From positions 5,890,001-5,954,000 of the forward strand of contig NC_087444.1 in NCBI RefSeq assembly GCF_036321535.1: DNA of 64,000 nt, given 5' to 3'. Source of the DNA: Camelus dromedarius (taxonomy: Eukaryota). The position numbers were made by a program, and so were the translations under genes. The notes beneath the pieces are model-generated. The model worked only from the letters and a program-made list of their open reading frames with translations, searched no databases and was not told the origin of the DNA. Positions 63,551 to 64,000 of the stretch are shown piece after piece (the first letter of the stretch is position 1; every line of letters starts with the position of its first letter).

Positions 63551-64000
63551 GTTGTAATTTCTTACTCAGTAACCAAAGCTCACCAGCAAGCTAAGATGGA
63601 TGGCGGAGATTAAGGAGCAGTCTGACCTCCAAAACCTTCTGAATTGTACACAAATGAATATTAAGAAACAAAAGGTGTTTCTTGCAAGTCTACTACGTGT
63701 CTCTAACTTTCTAACATTCTGGAGGAGGTGATGACGGAAAAGCAATGACTCCTGCTTTTAAGAAGCTTACAATCCAAATGGGTCAATTATTAACTAGATG
63801 TGCTAAATGAAACAGGATGTCCATGGAACATTTCTTGGACTCTTGGCTTATGATCTATATACTTCTTTTCAAATTAATTCACACTGATTAAAGTTTCTCA
63901 GACCATATCATACCCAATGTGTGTTAAGAGGGTTTTCTTGTTTTCATTATATTTTATCATAATTTGTTTTAGACCAGGGAAGTGAGAAACGTGTGATTTC

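Overview
This is mammalian genomic DNA, not prokaryotic. Two tRNA-derived SINEs with a ...CCTAATTAC tail point to a camelid (alpaca, llama or camel; inferred from recall of the SINE family). The window lies inside the dihydropyrimidine dehydrogenase gene (DPYD) on the minus strand. It contains one coding exon at 16110-16252 (143 bp), equivalent to human exon 19. The rest is intron, densely filled with L1, L2, MIR, L3/CR1, ERVL and MaLR LTRs, hAT MITEs and camelid SINEs, plus six N gaps. None of the supplied ORFs is a credible gene, and the real exon is missing from the ORF track. I cannot support a new multi-gene system here. The best leads are regulatory or evolutionary: a near-consensus REST/NRSF RE1 site in a CpG-retaining patch; an ancient LTR that kept its CpGs; a GC-skewed set of changes in the exon, including Ala at the position of human Thr793; an unclassified AT-rich palindrome; and a strong-splice-site candidate poison exon. 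Repeat family names and boundaries come from recalled consensus sequences and are approximate. No database search was run.
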